Shown here: in pieces, positions 26,476-35,314 of the stretch
Layout of the letters: each line of letters starts with the position of its first letter
Numbering within the stretch: the stretch's first letter is position 1
DNA from: Eubacteriales bacterium
Lineage (GTDB): Bacteria > Bacillota > Clostridia > Oscillospirales > CAG-272
Assembly (NCBI GenBank): GCA_045612385.1
Contig: JAZKYZ010000064.1
Span: 196-64,195, forward strand
Direction of reading: 5' to 3'
DNA: 64,000 nucleotides
Position numbers and translations under genes: made by a program
The notes under the pieces: model-generated
What the model was told of the DNA's origin: nothing
Databases searched by the model: none
What the model saw: the letters and a program-made list of their open reading frames with translations, nothing else

Positions 26476-26560
26476 TGGTGCGGACGACGGGACTTGAACC
26501 CACATGAATTGCTTCACTGGAACCTGAAACCAGCGCGTCTGCCAATTCCGCCACGTCCGC
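26476..26560 (-). tRNA. tRNA-Leu (anticodon CAG)
   Basis: Acceptor GCGGACG/CGTCCGC, anticodon loop TTCAGGT, long variable arm TGAA-GCAA-TTCA, T-loop TTCAAGT, encoded CCA. Confidence 0.85.
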
Positions 26561-26770
26561 ATATTAAATTATGTCTTGTTTAATTTTGATTCGTCAAGAC
26601 CCTCGAATTGGAAGCCACGCTTCCAGCGCTGTCTGCAGTACGTACTCGCGAGCGAGTAGTACACAAGAATGCTTCTCATTCTTGCTTCGCCTACGGCTCG
26701 TCCGCCACGTCCGCATATTAAATTTTGTCTTGCTTCGCCTACGGCTCATTTGCCACGTCCACATTGACCT
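26561..26770. repeat. Partial duplications of the tRNA-Leu 5' end plus its upstream leader
   Basis: CCACGTCCGCATATTAAATT(A/T)TGTCTTG at 26551-26578 and 26705-26732. A degenerate third copy CCACGTCCAC at 26753-26762. GCTTCGCCTACGGCTC occurs twice. Confidence 0.85.
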
Positions 26771-26774
26771 ATAT

Positions 26775-26803
26775 ATTTTAGCATAACAAAATTGGTTTGT
26801 CAA
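26775..26803 (-). promoter_or_regulatory. Consensus sigma-A promoter upstream of the tRNA-Leu leader repeats
   Basis: Minus strand reads TTGACA, 17 nt, TAAAAT. Confidence 0.65.
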
Positions 26804-26888
26804 GTCTTTTTTCTGGGTTTTTAAAAATTTAGGGAATTGGGGCCATTTTTAACAAAAGAGGCTGCCAAGACAGGGTAGTCTTTTTTAA

Positions 26889-27086
26889 GAAAGGAAACAG
26901 AAGATTTCACAAGAGGTCTTGAGTGGGCTTGCCGATATTGGTCGCATGCATCTGAGTGCGATTGAGCGAGGAGAGAGAAAACCGACACTGGAAACGCTCT
27001 ATCGCATTAGTTGCGCGCTGGAAATACGGATGAGCGATATTATGTTGGAAATAGAAAGACGGCTGGGAGAGCTGGAAAAAACATAA
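26889..27086 (+). pseudogene. 5'-truncated XRE-family HTH regulator remnant
   Basis: ERKQKISQEVLSGLADIGRMHLSAIERGERKPTLETLYRISCALEI... is an HTH_3-like core. A TAA lies immediately upstream, with no start codon or first helix. Confidence 0.6.
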
Positions 27087-27182
27087 AATAGCCCTTGCTT
27101 TTTTCTTCGTAGTATGTTAAAATGAAGGCATCCGGTATGTCAGAACCAAGTCAAGTGATATCGACAAAAACAGGGGGCTTTT

Positions 27183-27689
27183 ATGGAAATTTTCGATTTG
27201 TATAATGAAAAACGAGAGCTTGCAGGGAAAACACACATACGAGGAGAGATCATTCCTGCGGGATATTATCACCTTGTGGTACACGTGTGGCTCAGGTGTC
27301 CCGACGGTCGCTATCTCTTGTCTAAGAGGGCTGCTTCACGCCCGACCTATCCCTTGATGTGGGAGTGTGTCGGTGGCTCGGTTGTGGCAGGAGAAAACTC
27401 CTATGAAGGAGCCGTGCGCGAAGTGCTTGAGGAGGTCGGAATTGACCTTTGTGGCAGAAAAGGCGAAGTTTTGTTTACGAAAACGCGTGATATCATTAAC
27501 GGAGTTCCCTTTCGTGACATTATGGATGTCTGGCGCTTCGACCTAATGGAAGGCGAAGAATTTGACCTTCAAAGGGCAAGCACCGACGAGGTCGCAGAGT
27601 GCCGATATATGACGAAGGAAGAAATCCAAGCCTTATATGACAGTGGCGACCTTGTACCAACGCTTGAATATATTTTTGATTATATTTGA
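27183..27689 (+). CDS. NUDIX hydrolase
   Basis: Nudix box GGSVVAGENSYEGAVREVLEEVGI. Confidence 0.85.
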   Translation: MEIFDLYNEKRELAGKTHIRGEIIPAGYYHLVVHVWLRCPDGRYLLSKRAASRPTYPLMWECVGGSVVAGENSYEGAVREVLEEVGIDLCGRKGEVLFTKTRDIINGVPFRDIMDVWRFDLMEGEEFDLQRASTDEVAECRYMTKEEIQALYDSGDLVPTLEYIFDYI

Positions 27690-27796
27690 GTTTTATAATG
27701 CAAAAACAGACCATCATACCCGAGAGGGGAGATGGTCTGTTTTCTTATTGCTTCGCCAATATCAAGTCGAAACGGAACTCGTATAGAGAGTGAAGT

Positions 27797-29701
27797 TCAT
27801 ATTGCATCAGGCAATGTCACTTCAATGTGATAGGAGGAAGTGCGAACAACAATGTGATACTCTCTGCCTTCATAGGTAGCCCTTGCGATGATGTATTGAA
27901 GGACGTACGTGCCGTTTGTGGTGCGAGAGAGATGGATGTCATAGGAGATATCGCCATCAAATTCGTCGTGTGGTCTTGTGAGGTGGACAACAATCCAAGA
28001 ACGGTAGATATCCTCTTCCACATCGATATCCCCCACGAAGTGGCTATCGAAAATGTAATGCAAAAAGTGTGTCGCTTCGCTGTTATCGAAGGTCCACCAT
28101 TTAAACGAACGATCCCCCTCGTCAATGAGGTTCAGGTCCTTATCGTAGAGGTTTTTCGTCGTATTTGAAACGTAGAAATCGGGTTTGTAGGTTTCAAAAT
28201 CATCATTTTCTGTGGCTTTTAAGCCATTGTCATAATTTTCATTATAGACGGCGACAATGTTCTCCGAACTGTCATAGACATACAAGGAGGATGTTCCATT
28301 GAAGGTTTCCGTCATCTTGAAATCGTGGTCGTGAAGGGATTGATTCACTCCGTTATAGTTGTTCATCAACTGATCGAAGTCAATACCGTATAGGACATTT
28401 TCACTGTGGGTGTAGCCCTTCAGCATATCGTTATTATCGAAAAGCGCTTCGATACCTGTGCCCTCATAACAGGGAGTATAAATCAAGGTATGCTGGTTCT
28501 TCTCATCAACAAAGAGGTCACACCTGACGCTCGCAAGGGAAACGAGGTTCATATCCTTATCGGTATTGTAGGTATAACTCAAACGATAATGTGGCGCATT
28601 TTTATCGTAGGAACTATCGTAATCGCTGTCATACTGAATGACGTATGTACGCTCGCTCTTGTTTTTCTGGAACTTATGCGCCTCTTTTACCTTGTCTTTG
28701 CTCCACGTGTAATAGGACGAAAACTCAGGAAGCTCAATGGACGAATAGTGGAAGGGGCCACTCTCTCTTGTGGCAGGATGAAGATACATCCACTCATAGT
28801 CGAAGCCACCGATATTGTTGAGTTTACTTACCGTGTCGCTTCCCTTCAAGGTGGTGTAAAGGATATCAAACACTCTACCCGCTGACAGATTACGAAATTC
28901 TGCTCCGGTATCGTAATCTGCGTCATAGATGTAGGCGTAATCCTCTTGGATATGACTATCATATCCCGTGTGATACACCCATTCATAATAGGCGATATAA
29001 GAGGTGTTCTCAAAGTCTATGTCCGAGATATCCTTACCCTGCTGATACAGACGTTCGGCGTTGGCTGTTGCGCCCTTTCCTCCACTTCCACCGAAGGAAC
29101 CAAAGGAGCCGAAGGGACCGAGAAAGCCGACAGCGATCGAAACAATAATAATAAAGATACGTAACAAACCATAGAAAATCGCAGAGATACGAAGAATGCC
29201 AATCGACATAAGAAGGTCGACAACGGACATCAGCAGGAAATAAATCGGGAGGATGAGAACCACCCAACTCTCCATATTGGAGAAGGTGAGGGCATTAAAG
29301 TAAAGTCCGAAGATGATGCCGAAAATCAAGGTATTTTCGATAAAGCCACCCGTTTCCAAAGGGGTGAAGTGCAATTCGTAATCATCAAAATCTTCAAAAA
29401 GCGAATTCCACTTACGTTCTGCAGTGACGAAGGTATAGACATTCTCGTGGATTTTCGGGTTCATATATTCCGGTCCACGATAGAAAAGTTGCGTTAAGAG
29501 CGAGAGGGCAATGGGGAGCCAAAGCAGAGTTTGCCCATTTTCAACACCTCGAATATAGAAAACGGAAAAGATCGTTCCCACAGAAGAAAGAATAGCAAAA
29601 ATGGGCAACAGACGTGTGAGAGATACCAAAAATCCTGCAATGATATAAATAGCAACGGCGCATCCAAGCACCTTCAAGGCAAGAGGTAAGAGCATTTCCA
29701 T
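27797..29701 (-). CDS. Large hypothetical membrane protein (N-terminal multi-TM, Gly-rich linker, about 430-aa extracytoplasmic domain)
   Basis: 634 aa with about 7 hydrophobic helices, then GPFGSFGSFGGSGGKG, then a Tyr/Asp-rich soluble region. No family recognised. Confidence 0.6.
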   Translation of the reverse strand: MEMLLPLALKVLGCAVAIYIIAGFLVSLTRLLPIFAILSSVGTIFSVFYIRGVENGQTLLWLPIALSLLTQLFYRGPEYMNPKIHENVYTFVTAERKWNSLFEDFDDYELHFTPLETGGFIENTLIFGIIFGLYFNALTFSNMESWVVLILPIYFLLMSVVDLLMSIGILRISAIFYGLLRIFIIIVSIAVGFLGPFGSFGSFGGSGGKGATANAERLYQQGKDISDIDFENTSYIAYYEWVYHTGYDSHIQEDYAYIYDADYDTGAEFRNLSAGRVFDILYTTLKGSDTVSKLNNIGGFDYEWMYLHPATRESGPFHYSSIELPEFSSYYTWSKDKVKEAHKFQKNKSERTYVIQYDSDYDSSYDKNAPHYRLSYTYNTDKDMNLVSLASVRCDLFVDEKNQHTLIYTPCYEGTGIEALFDNNDMLKGYTHSENVLYGIDFDQLMNNYNGVNQSLHDHDFKMTETFNGTSSLYVYDSSENIVAVYNENYDNGLKATENDDFETYKPDFYVSNTTKNLYDKDLNLIDEGDRSFKWWTFDNSEATHFLHYIFDSHFVGDIDVEEDIYRSWIVVHLTRPHDEFDGDISYDIHLSRTTNGTYVLQYIIARATYEGREYHIVVRTSSYHIEVTLPDAI

Positions 29702-29875
29702 AAAGCGTTCTCCTTAAAATATTCTTCTTAAAAATTATAGCATATCACCCCCGTTTTGTCAACCAAAGGAAAGTGGCGTGTGGTGAAAAAGTTTTTCTTG
29801 CAATTTATAATAGGATATGCTATACTTGAGGTGATAACGTGCCCGACGTGCGCAAGGGCAGAAGAGAGGTAATCT

Positions 29876-30208
29876 ATGGCAAACTGGAAACTGCTGATGC
29901 ATTGGCTCTATTCGTATGACAAGGAAGGCGTTTGGGATGACGACGAGGAAGGCAAGAGCGAATTTGCTCTTGAAGAAGGCGCCACCTATGATGTTCCTAA
30001 TCTTGAGAGGAGAAAGCAAATTGAGATTCTCTCCCTCAAGGAAGAGAACGGGATCGCCGTAGCACAGGTGAAGATAGACTACCACGTCTATACTCTTACG
30101 AGTGGCGAGGAGGCAGCGAAAGGCTCTTGTAGTTACTCCTATTCGGTGTGCGGTGACAGCGTGCATATTTCCGTATCTTTTTCCCTCGAACTTGCGAGGA
30201 CAGATTGA
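29876..30208 (+). CDS. Hypothetical small acidic protein
   Basis: 110-aa ORF with an AGAGG RBS. No recognisable family. Confidence 0.35.
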   Translation: MANWKLLMHWLYSYDKEGVWDDDEEGKSEFALEEGATYDVPNLERRKQIEILSLKEENGIAVAQVKIDYHVYTLTSGEEAAKGSCSYSYSVCGDSVHISVSFSLELARTD

Positions 30209-30263
30209 CTCCCTATTCATCCCCCGATGAACAATGTAAACCTACCTATAAAGGAGAAAAAAT

Positions 30264-31589
30264 ATGAAAAAATGGATAGCGCTCTTATTGCTTGTTGCGA
30301 TGCTCTTACCCAGCATTTCGCTCGTAGCGTGTAACACCCCTGCCCCTGATACGGAAAACAACGGTAGTCAGGGAAACGAAGATGATAACAACGAAAACAA
30401 TAATGGAAACGGCGAAACCATCCAGAATCCCGATAAGTACGCCCCGTTTGATTTACCTCGTGAGAAAATTCAGGGCGCGCTTGACGAAGCGCTGGATCGA
30501 ATTAACAAAAAGATGATTCCCTCCTTCACCACGACATTTCCCGCGCACAACAGCACAAACAATGTTTATGCGCCGACGGAAAACACCAGTGGATGGAATC
30601 AGGGCTTTTGGACAGGAATCCTGTGGCACGCTTATGAGTTGACGGGAACGGCAGGTTATCGTGATATTGCGATGGGACAAATTCCCTCCTACACCAAGCG
30701 TATCGACGAAAAACTCGGCACCAGCACACACGATATGGGCTTCCTGTATTCCCTCTCCTGTGTCGCAGCATTCAAGCTGACCGGCGATTTTGAGAGCCGA
30801 ACAACAGCGCTGAAAGCGGCAGACAATCTCCTCTCACGTTTTCACGAAAAGGGCGAATTTATCCAGGCGTGGGGCAATATTGGATCCACGAGCAACTATC
30901 GCTTGATTGTTGACTGCTTGATGAACATTCCTCTGCTCTACTGGGCAAGCAATACGACAAAGGATGAGAAATATGCTGATGTGGCAAAGCGCCATTTTGA
31001 AACCACAATTACGAACTGCTTACGCGAGGACGGTGGCACATATCATACCTATTTCTTTGATCCTGTGACAGGCGCGCCTGTGCGTGGCGCAACGCATCAG
31101 GGCGTCAATGACGAGTCCACTTGGGCGCGTGGTCAGGCTTGGGCAATTTACGGCACAATGCTAACCTATTCCTATCTAAAGAATGATATGGCGTATGATG
31201 CCTTCCGAGCTGCGACAAATTATTTTCTCGATCACCTTCCCTCCGACTATGTTCCCTATTGGGATTTCACGTATGGTGACGGCGCCTATCAGCCCAGAGA
31301 TTCTTCTGCGGCAGCAATCGCTATCTGTGGCATTTTAGAGGGATTGAAGCACTTGGATGAGGACGATCCTCTGCGCGAGAAATTTATGAGTGGCGCAAAG
31401 AGAATGTTAAATTCCTTGATTGACAACTATACAACAAAGGACCTCCCCGACGCAAACGGCCTTCTGATCCACGCTACCTACAATCGCAACAGCAATACTG
31501 GTGTGGACGAGATGAACATCTGGGGCGACTACTTCTATATGGAGGCGCTTCACAGAATGCTGGATGCCGATTGGGTAATGTATTGGTAA
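30264..31589 (+). CDS. Glycoside hydrolase family 88 (unsaturated glucuronyl hydrolase-like) lipoprotein
   Basis: Lipobox LVAC. GFWTGILWHAYELTG, HDMGFLY, QAWAIYG and WGDYFYMEAL motifs typical of GH88. Confidence 0.8.
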   Translation: MKKWIALLLLVAMLLPSISLVACNTPAPDTENNGSQGNEDDNNENNNGNGETIQNPDKYAPFDLPREKIQGALDEALDRINKKMIPSFTTTFPAHNSTNNVYAPTENTSGWNQGFWTGILWHAYELTGTAGYRDIAMGQIPSYTKRIDEKLGTSTHDMGFLYSLSCVAAFKLTGDFESRTTALKAADNLLSRFHEKGEFIQAWGNIGSTSNYRLIVDCLMNIPLLYWASNTTKDEKYADVAKRHFETTITNCLREDGGTYHTYFFDPVTGAPVRGATHQGVNDESTWARGQAWAIYGTMLTYSYLKNDMAYDAFRAATNYFLDHLPSDYVPYWDFTYGDGAYQPRDSSAAAIAICGILEGLKHLDEDDPLREKFMSGAKRMLNSLIDNYTTKDLPDANGLLIHATYNRNSNTGVDEMNIWGDYFYMEALHRMLDADWVMYW

Positions 31590-31594
31590 TAGAA

Positions 31595-31857
31595 AAAAAG
31601 GCAGGAAATGCATTGAACTGAACCCATAAAAATGGACATTGAAATAAAAAGCCTCTTGTAGTAGAATAGAAACATCTACTACAGGAGGTTTTTTGTATGG
31701 GAACTACAATTACGAACGTATCCAACTAAAAACAAAACTGACACCGTATGAAAAACGATGTCAGTTTCAAGAAATAACGAGCTTTTAAGAGCAAATCAAA
31801 GATATTCTACGAAATGCTTTTTTGTTTCGTGTCTATTGCCTTGGGTTTAATCCATGG
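31595..31857 (+). repeat. Dispersed ~260-bp intergenic repeat, copy 2
   Basis: Aligns along its length with 11550-11810 with scattered substitutions. Again starts just after a stop codon. Confidence 0.85.
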
Positions 31858-32059
31858 TTGCAACTGCTTTTTTGACAAAACACAAGTTTTATCAATATTT
31901 TGTACTATTATGGGGCAAAATATTTGATTTCTACCGAAAATGTTAGGAAATGTAAAAAAGTGACATTTAAAAAACTTGCTTTTTGTCTGATGAAAAATTA
32001 TTGACAATAACATTTAAAATATGTTAAAATAAAGAAAACCCCAAAGGAGGATATATATT

Positions 32060-33343
32060 ATGGGAATTATTAAGGCTACATTTGATGCTCTCGGTGGTTC
32101 GCTTGCCGATCAGTGGGCAGAAGTGATTGAGGCAGACAATATGTCTGACAATACTGTTTTTTGCAGTGGTGTAAAGGTTAGACCTAACGATAGACGTAAC
32201 TCCAATAAGAAGGGAACAGAGGATACCATATCCAATGGCTCTGTCATTCACGTATATCCCGGTCAGTTTATGATGCTTGTGGATGGTGGTAAAATTGTGG
32301 ACTTTACTGCGGAGCCTGGTTATTATAAAGTGGACGATAGTTCTGCGCCCTCGCTTTTTGCCGGCGAGTTTGGCAAGGCGTTTGTTGATGCGTTCCGTAG
32401 AGTAAAATACGGTGGCGTTCCTTCGTATAAGCAGAAAGCCTATTTCATCAATCTCCAGGAGATTAAAGGCATTAAGTTCGGTACGAGAACTCCTGTAAGT
32501 TATTTTGACTGCTTCTATAACGCAGAACTTTTCCTTCGCGCGCACGGCACATACTCTATTCGCATTACAGATCCTGTAAAATTCTACACGGAGGTTGTTC
32601 CAAAGAATTCGGATCGAGTAGAGATTGATACTATCAATGCGCAGTATCTTTCAGAATTTATGGAGGGCCTTCAGGCGTCTATGAACCAAATGAGCGCTGA
32701 CGGCATTCGTATCTCCTATGTCGCGTCCAAGTCCCCTGAACTTTCTCGTTATATGGCAAATGCTCTTGACGAGGCTTGGAAAGAAACACGTGGTTTTGAA
32801 ATTCAGTCTGTTGGCATTGCTTCGATTTCTTATGATGAGGAATCGAAAGAGCTTATCAATATGCGTAACAAGGGCGCAATGCTTTCCGATCCTTCCATTC
32901 GTGAAGGATATGTGCAAGGCTCGATTGCGCGTGGTATGGAAGCTGCCGGCTCCAACCCACAGGGCGCTGCTGGCGCTTTTGTAGGAATGGGCGTAGGAAT
33001 GGGCGCTGGTGGAGGATTTATGGCGAGCGCCTCCCAGACCAATCGTGAGCAGATGGCTCGTGAGGCAGAGCTTCGCGCACAGCAGGCGCAAGAGCAGCCA
33101 ATGGGTTGGACGTGTGCGTGTGGCGCAAAGAACACAGGTAAATTCTGCTCGGAATGTGGCAAGAAAAAGCCAGAAGAGCAGGGTGGTTGGACTTGCTCCT
33201 GTGGTACAGTATGCACAGGAAAGTTCTGTCCGGAATGTGGCTCTCCTCGTCCGGCTACCTCTTGGTTCTGCACCGAATGTGGTCGCGAAAATGGCGCAAA
33301 TTCAAAATTCTGCTCGGAGTGTGGAACACCGAAAAACGCATAA
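32060..33343 (+). CDS. SPFH/band-7-like protein with C-terminal tandem zinc ribbons (COG4260, YdjI-like)
   Basis: MGIIKATFDALGGSLADQW... N-terminus typical of the virion-core/SPFH family. The C-terminus has four CxxC...CxxC ribbons. Confidence 0.75.
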   Translation: MGIIKATFDALGGSLADQWAEVIEADNMSDNTVFCSGVKVRPNDRRNSNKKGTEDTISNGSVIHVYPGQFMMLVDGGKIVDFTAEPGYYKVDDSSAPSLFAGEFGKAFVDAFRRVKYGGVPSYKQKAYFINLQEIKGIKFGTRTPVSYFDCFYNAELFLRAHGTYSIRITDPVKFYTEVVPKNSDRVEIDTINAQYLSEFMEGLQASMNQMSADGIRISYVASKSPELSRYMANALDEAWKETRGFEIQSVGIASISYDEESKELINMRNKGAMLSDPSIREGYVQGSIARGMEAAGSNPQGAAGAFVGMGVGMGAGGGFMASASQTNREQMAREAELRAQQAQEQPMGWTCACGAKNTGKFCSECGKKKPEEQGGWTCSCGTVCTGKFCPECGSPRPATSWFCTECGRENGANSKFCSECGTPKNA

Positions 33344-33386
33344 TTTTTCTTGATGACTCAAATATTCTAACGAAAGAGGTTCGCCT

Positions 33387-34442
33387 ATGTCAGGTACAGT
33401 AACCTTTCATTGCCCTAACTGTGATGCTGGTCTGCTCTTTAATGCCGAAAAAGGTAACTTTGGCTGTGAATTCTGCCTTAGCGAATTCACCAAAGAAGAA
33501 CTGGACGAAACTTCCTCTGCAAAAAAAGCAGAGGAAGAAGGGCAAAAAAATGACGAATATTCCTCGCATCTTCACGGCTATCATTGCCAGAACTGTGGCG
33601 CTGAGGTTATATGCGAGGAGCATACCTCTGCTACCTTCTGCTACTATTGCCACAATCCTGTGGTTTTGGTAGGTGAGGTGAGTGGAGAACTTCTCCCTAA
33701 AAAGATCATTCCTTTTAAATTCGATCGAAATGGTGCAATAGAGCGTTTTTTTGCGTTTGCGAAAAAGCACAAATTCGTTCCCGACGATTATCGTGACGAA
33801 AAACAACTGGAGAAAATTACGGGTGTTTATTTCCCCTTTTGGGTAACGGATGCAGATGTAAGCGCCAACTATCGGACGACAGCGAAGCGTTCACGCTCTT
33901 GGCGACAGGGAGATTACATATACACCGAAGTTTCGCACTTTGATATTTCTCGCGCAGGAAACATCCACTTTGAGGATGTCGTATCCTCTGCTCTTACCAC
34001 AGAGGATAGCGCAATGCTTGAGGGTATTATGCCGTATCCTCAGGGAGCGCATATTGACTTTGATATGGCATATCTTCTTGGCTACTTTGCAAAACGCCGT
34101 AATGCAGAAAAGGAAGCATTCTTTTCAAGCGTCCGTGAAAAAATGACAGACGGATCGACTACCCTGTTTCGCTCCACAATATCTGGGTATAGCAGTGTTT
34201 CGTTGGGCGATTGCGACCTTGTGATACAGAAAAGCGATTGGTCGTACACCCTGATGCCTGTATGGACCTTGACGTATAAGGATAAAAAAGGGAAAACCTA
34301 CCTGTACGCAATGAATGGTTACACAGGAAAAATCTATGGCGAACTTCCTATTTCTTGGCCGAAACTTCTTCTGCTTTGTGGTGGTGTATTTATTGGAATT
34401 TTCCTCGTTATATTCTTGTTAATGTTAGGAGGAATTCTATAA
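33387..34442 (+). CDS. Zinc-ribbon membrane protein (YdjG-like)
   Basis: Two N-terminal zinc ribbons (CPNCDA...CEFC and CQNCGA...CYYC) and a C-terminal TM helix. Confidence 0.65.
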   Translation: MSGTVTFHCPNCDAGLLFNAEKGNFGCEFCLSEFTKEELDETSSAKKAEEEGQKNDEYSSHLHGYHCQNCGAEVICEEHTSATFCYYCHNPVVLVGEVSGELLPKKIIPFKFDRNGAIERFFAFAKKHKFVPDDYRDEKQLEKITGVYFPFWVTDADVSANYRTTAKRSRSWRQGDYIYTEVSHFDISRAGNIHFEDVVSSALTTEDSAMLEGIMPYPQGAHIDFDMAYLLGYFAKRRNAEKEAFFSSVREKMTDGSTTLFRSTISGYSSVSLGDCDLVIQKSDWSYTLMPVWTLTYKDKKGKTYLYAMNGYTGKIYGELPISWPKLLLLCGGVFIGIFLVIFLLMLGGIL

Positions 34443-34443
34443 A

Positions 34444-35184
34444 ATGAAAACTAAAGTTTGCATTTTGATGGTTTTTTGCCTATTTATCTCGCTTATATTC
34501 TCATTTTCCTCCTTTGCTGTGGATGAATATTTCATTGATGAAACCTATGAATTGACGGGAGAAAATAGTTTTGAGAGCACCCTTCAGAGCATCTCTGAAA
34601 AGCACAATGTTCACGTTCTGATTTATGCCTACACATATACGGGTTCATACGTGTCGGACGCGGAAATTCTAAGGAAATTTGGACTTTCTACCTATGATGA
34701 TGTGGTTGTCCTTGTCTTGGAAAAATATGCATATTCGGAGGAATGGCATTGCTTTCTTACCACGTATGGCACAGGCTTTGATAAGATTTCCGACAGTGAG
34801 GTTGAGTATTTGATGAAAGACGGTGGCATTATGGATGATGCGCTTTCAGATAATATGGAGGAGGGGCTCATACGCTACCTTGATTTTATCGACCGTTCAT
34901 TAGAGGGAAATGGTATTCCTATCATTACTCGTATTTGGATCCCTATTCTTCTTGCATTGCTCGGAGGCTTGATTGCCTTTCTTTGCGTATTTATACCATA
35001 TAAGCGTAAGGTGCGCTCCGAATGCTACCCCTTAAAGGAATTTACGAATATGGATCTTACCTATTCCGATGATCATTTTACAGGTAGTACTGTAACACGT
35101 CGTCACGTTCCTCGTTCTTCCGGTAGTTCTTCACGCTCCGGTGGTGGTGGAGGCAGTCGCGGTGGTCGACGTGGAGGAAGATAA
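34444..35184 (+). CDS. TPM-domain membrane protein with Gly/Arg-rich tail (YdjH/YgcG-like)
   Basis: Signal/TM, TPM-like domain, TM, and a C-terminal SSGSSSRSGGGGGSRGGRRGGR tail. Start is 2 nt after the upstream stop. Confidence 0.65.
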   Translation: MKTKVCILMVFCLFISLIFSFSSFAVDEYFIDETYELTGENSFESTLQSISEKHNVHVLIYAYTYTGSYVSDAEILRKFGLSTYDDVVVLVLEKYAYSEEWHCFLTTYGTGFDKISDSEVEYLMKDGGIMDDALSDNMEEGLIRYLDFIDRSLEGNGIPIITRIWIPILLALLGGLIAFLCVFIPYKRKVRSECYPLKEFTNMDLTYSDDHFTGSTVTRRHVPRSSGSSSRSGGGGGSRGGRRGGR

Positions 35185-35314
35185 TCTTTATAGGACAGTA
35201 GTCTGACAAGGCTTCTGTCCTATTTCTTTTTAATTTTACAAAAACTCTTTACTTTTAAAATTTATTATTGTATAATAAAGGGGTATACTATCGACAGAAA
35301 GGGAGGTGACCTTC

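Larger units (their letters stand above)
16632..26497. mobile_element. Integrated ~9.8-kb island in the 3' end of tRNA-Leu, bounded by 22-bp direct repeats
   Basis: TGGTGCGGACGACGGGACTTGA occurs at 16632-16653 and at 26476-26497, the latter being the tRNA-Leu 3' end. The island contains a large serine recombinase and looks more AT-rich than the flanks. Confidence 0.7.
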
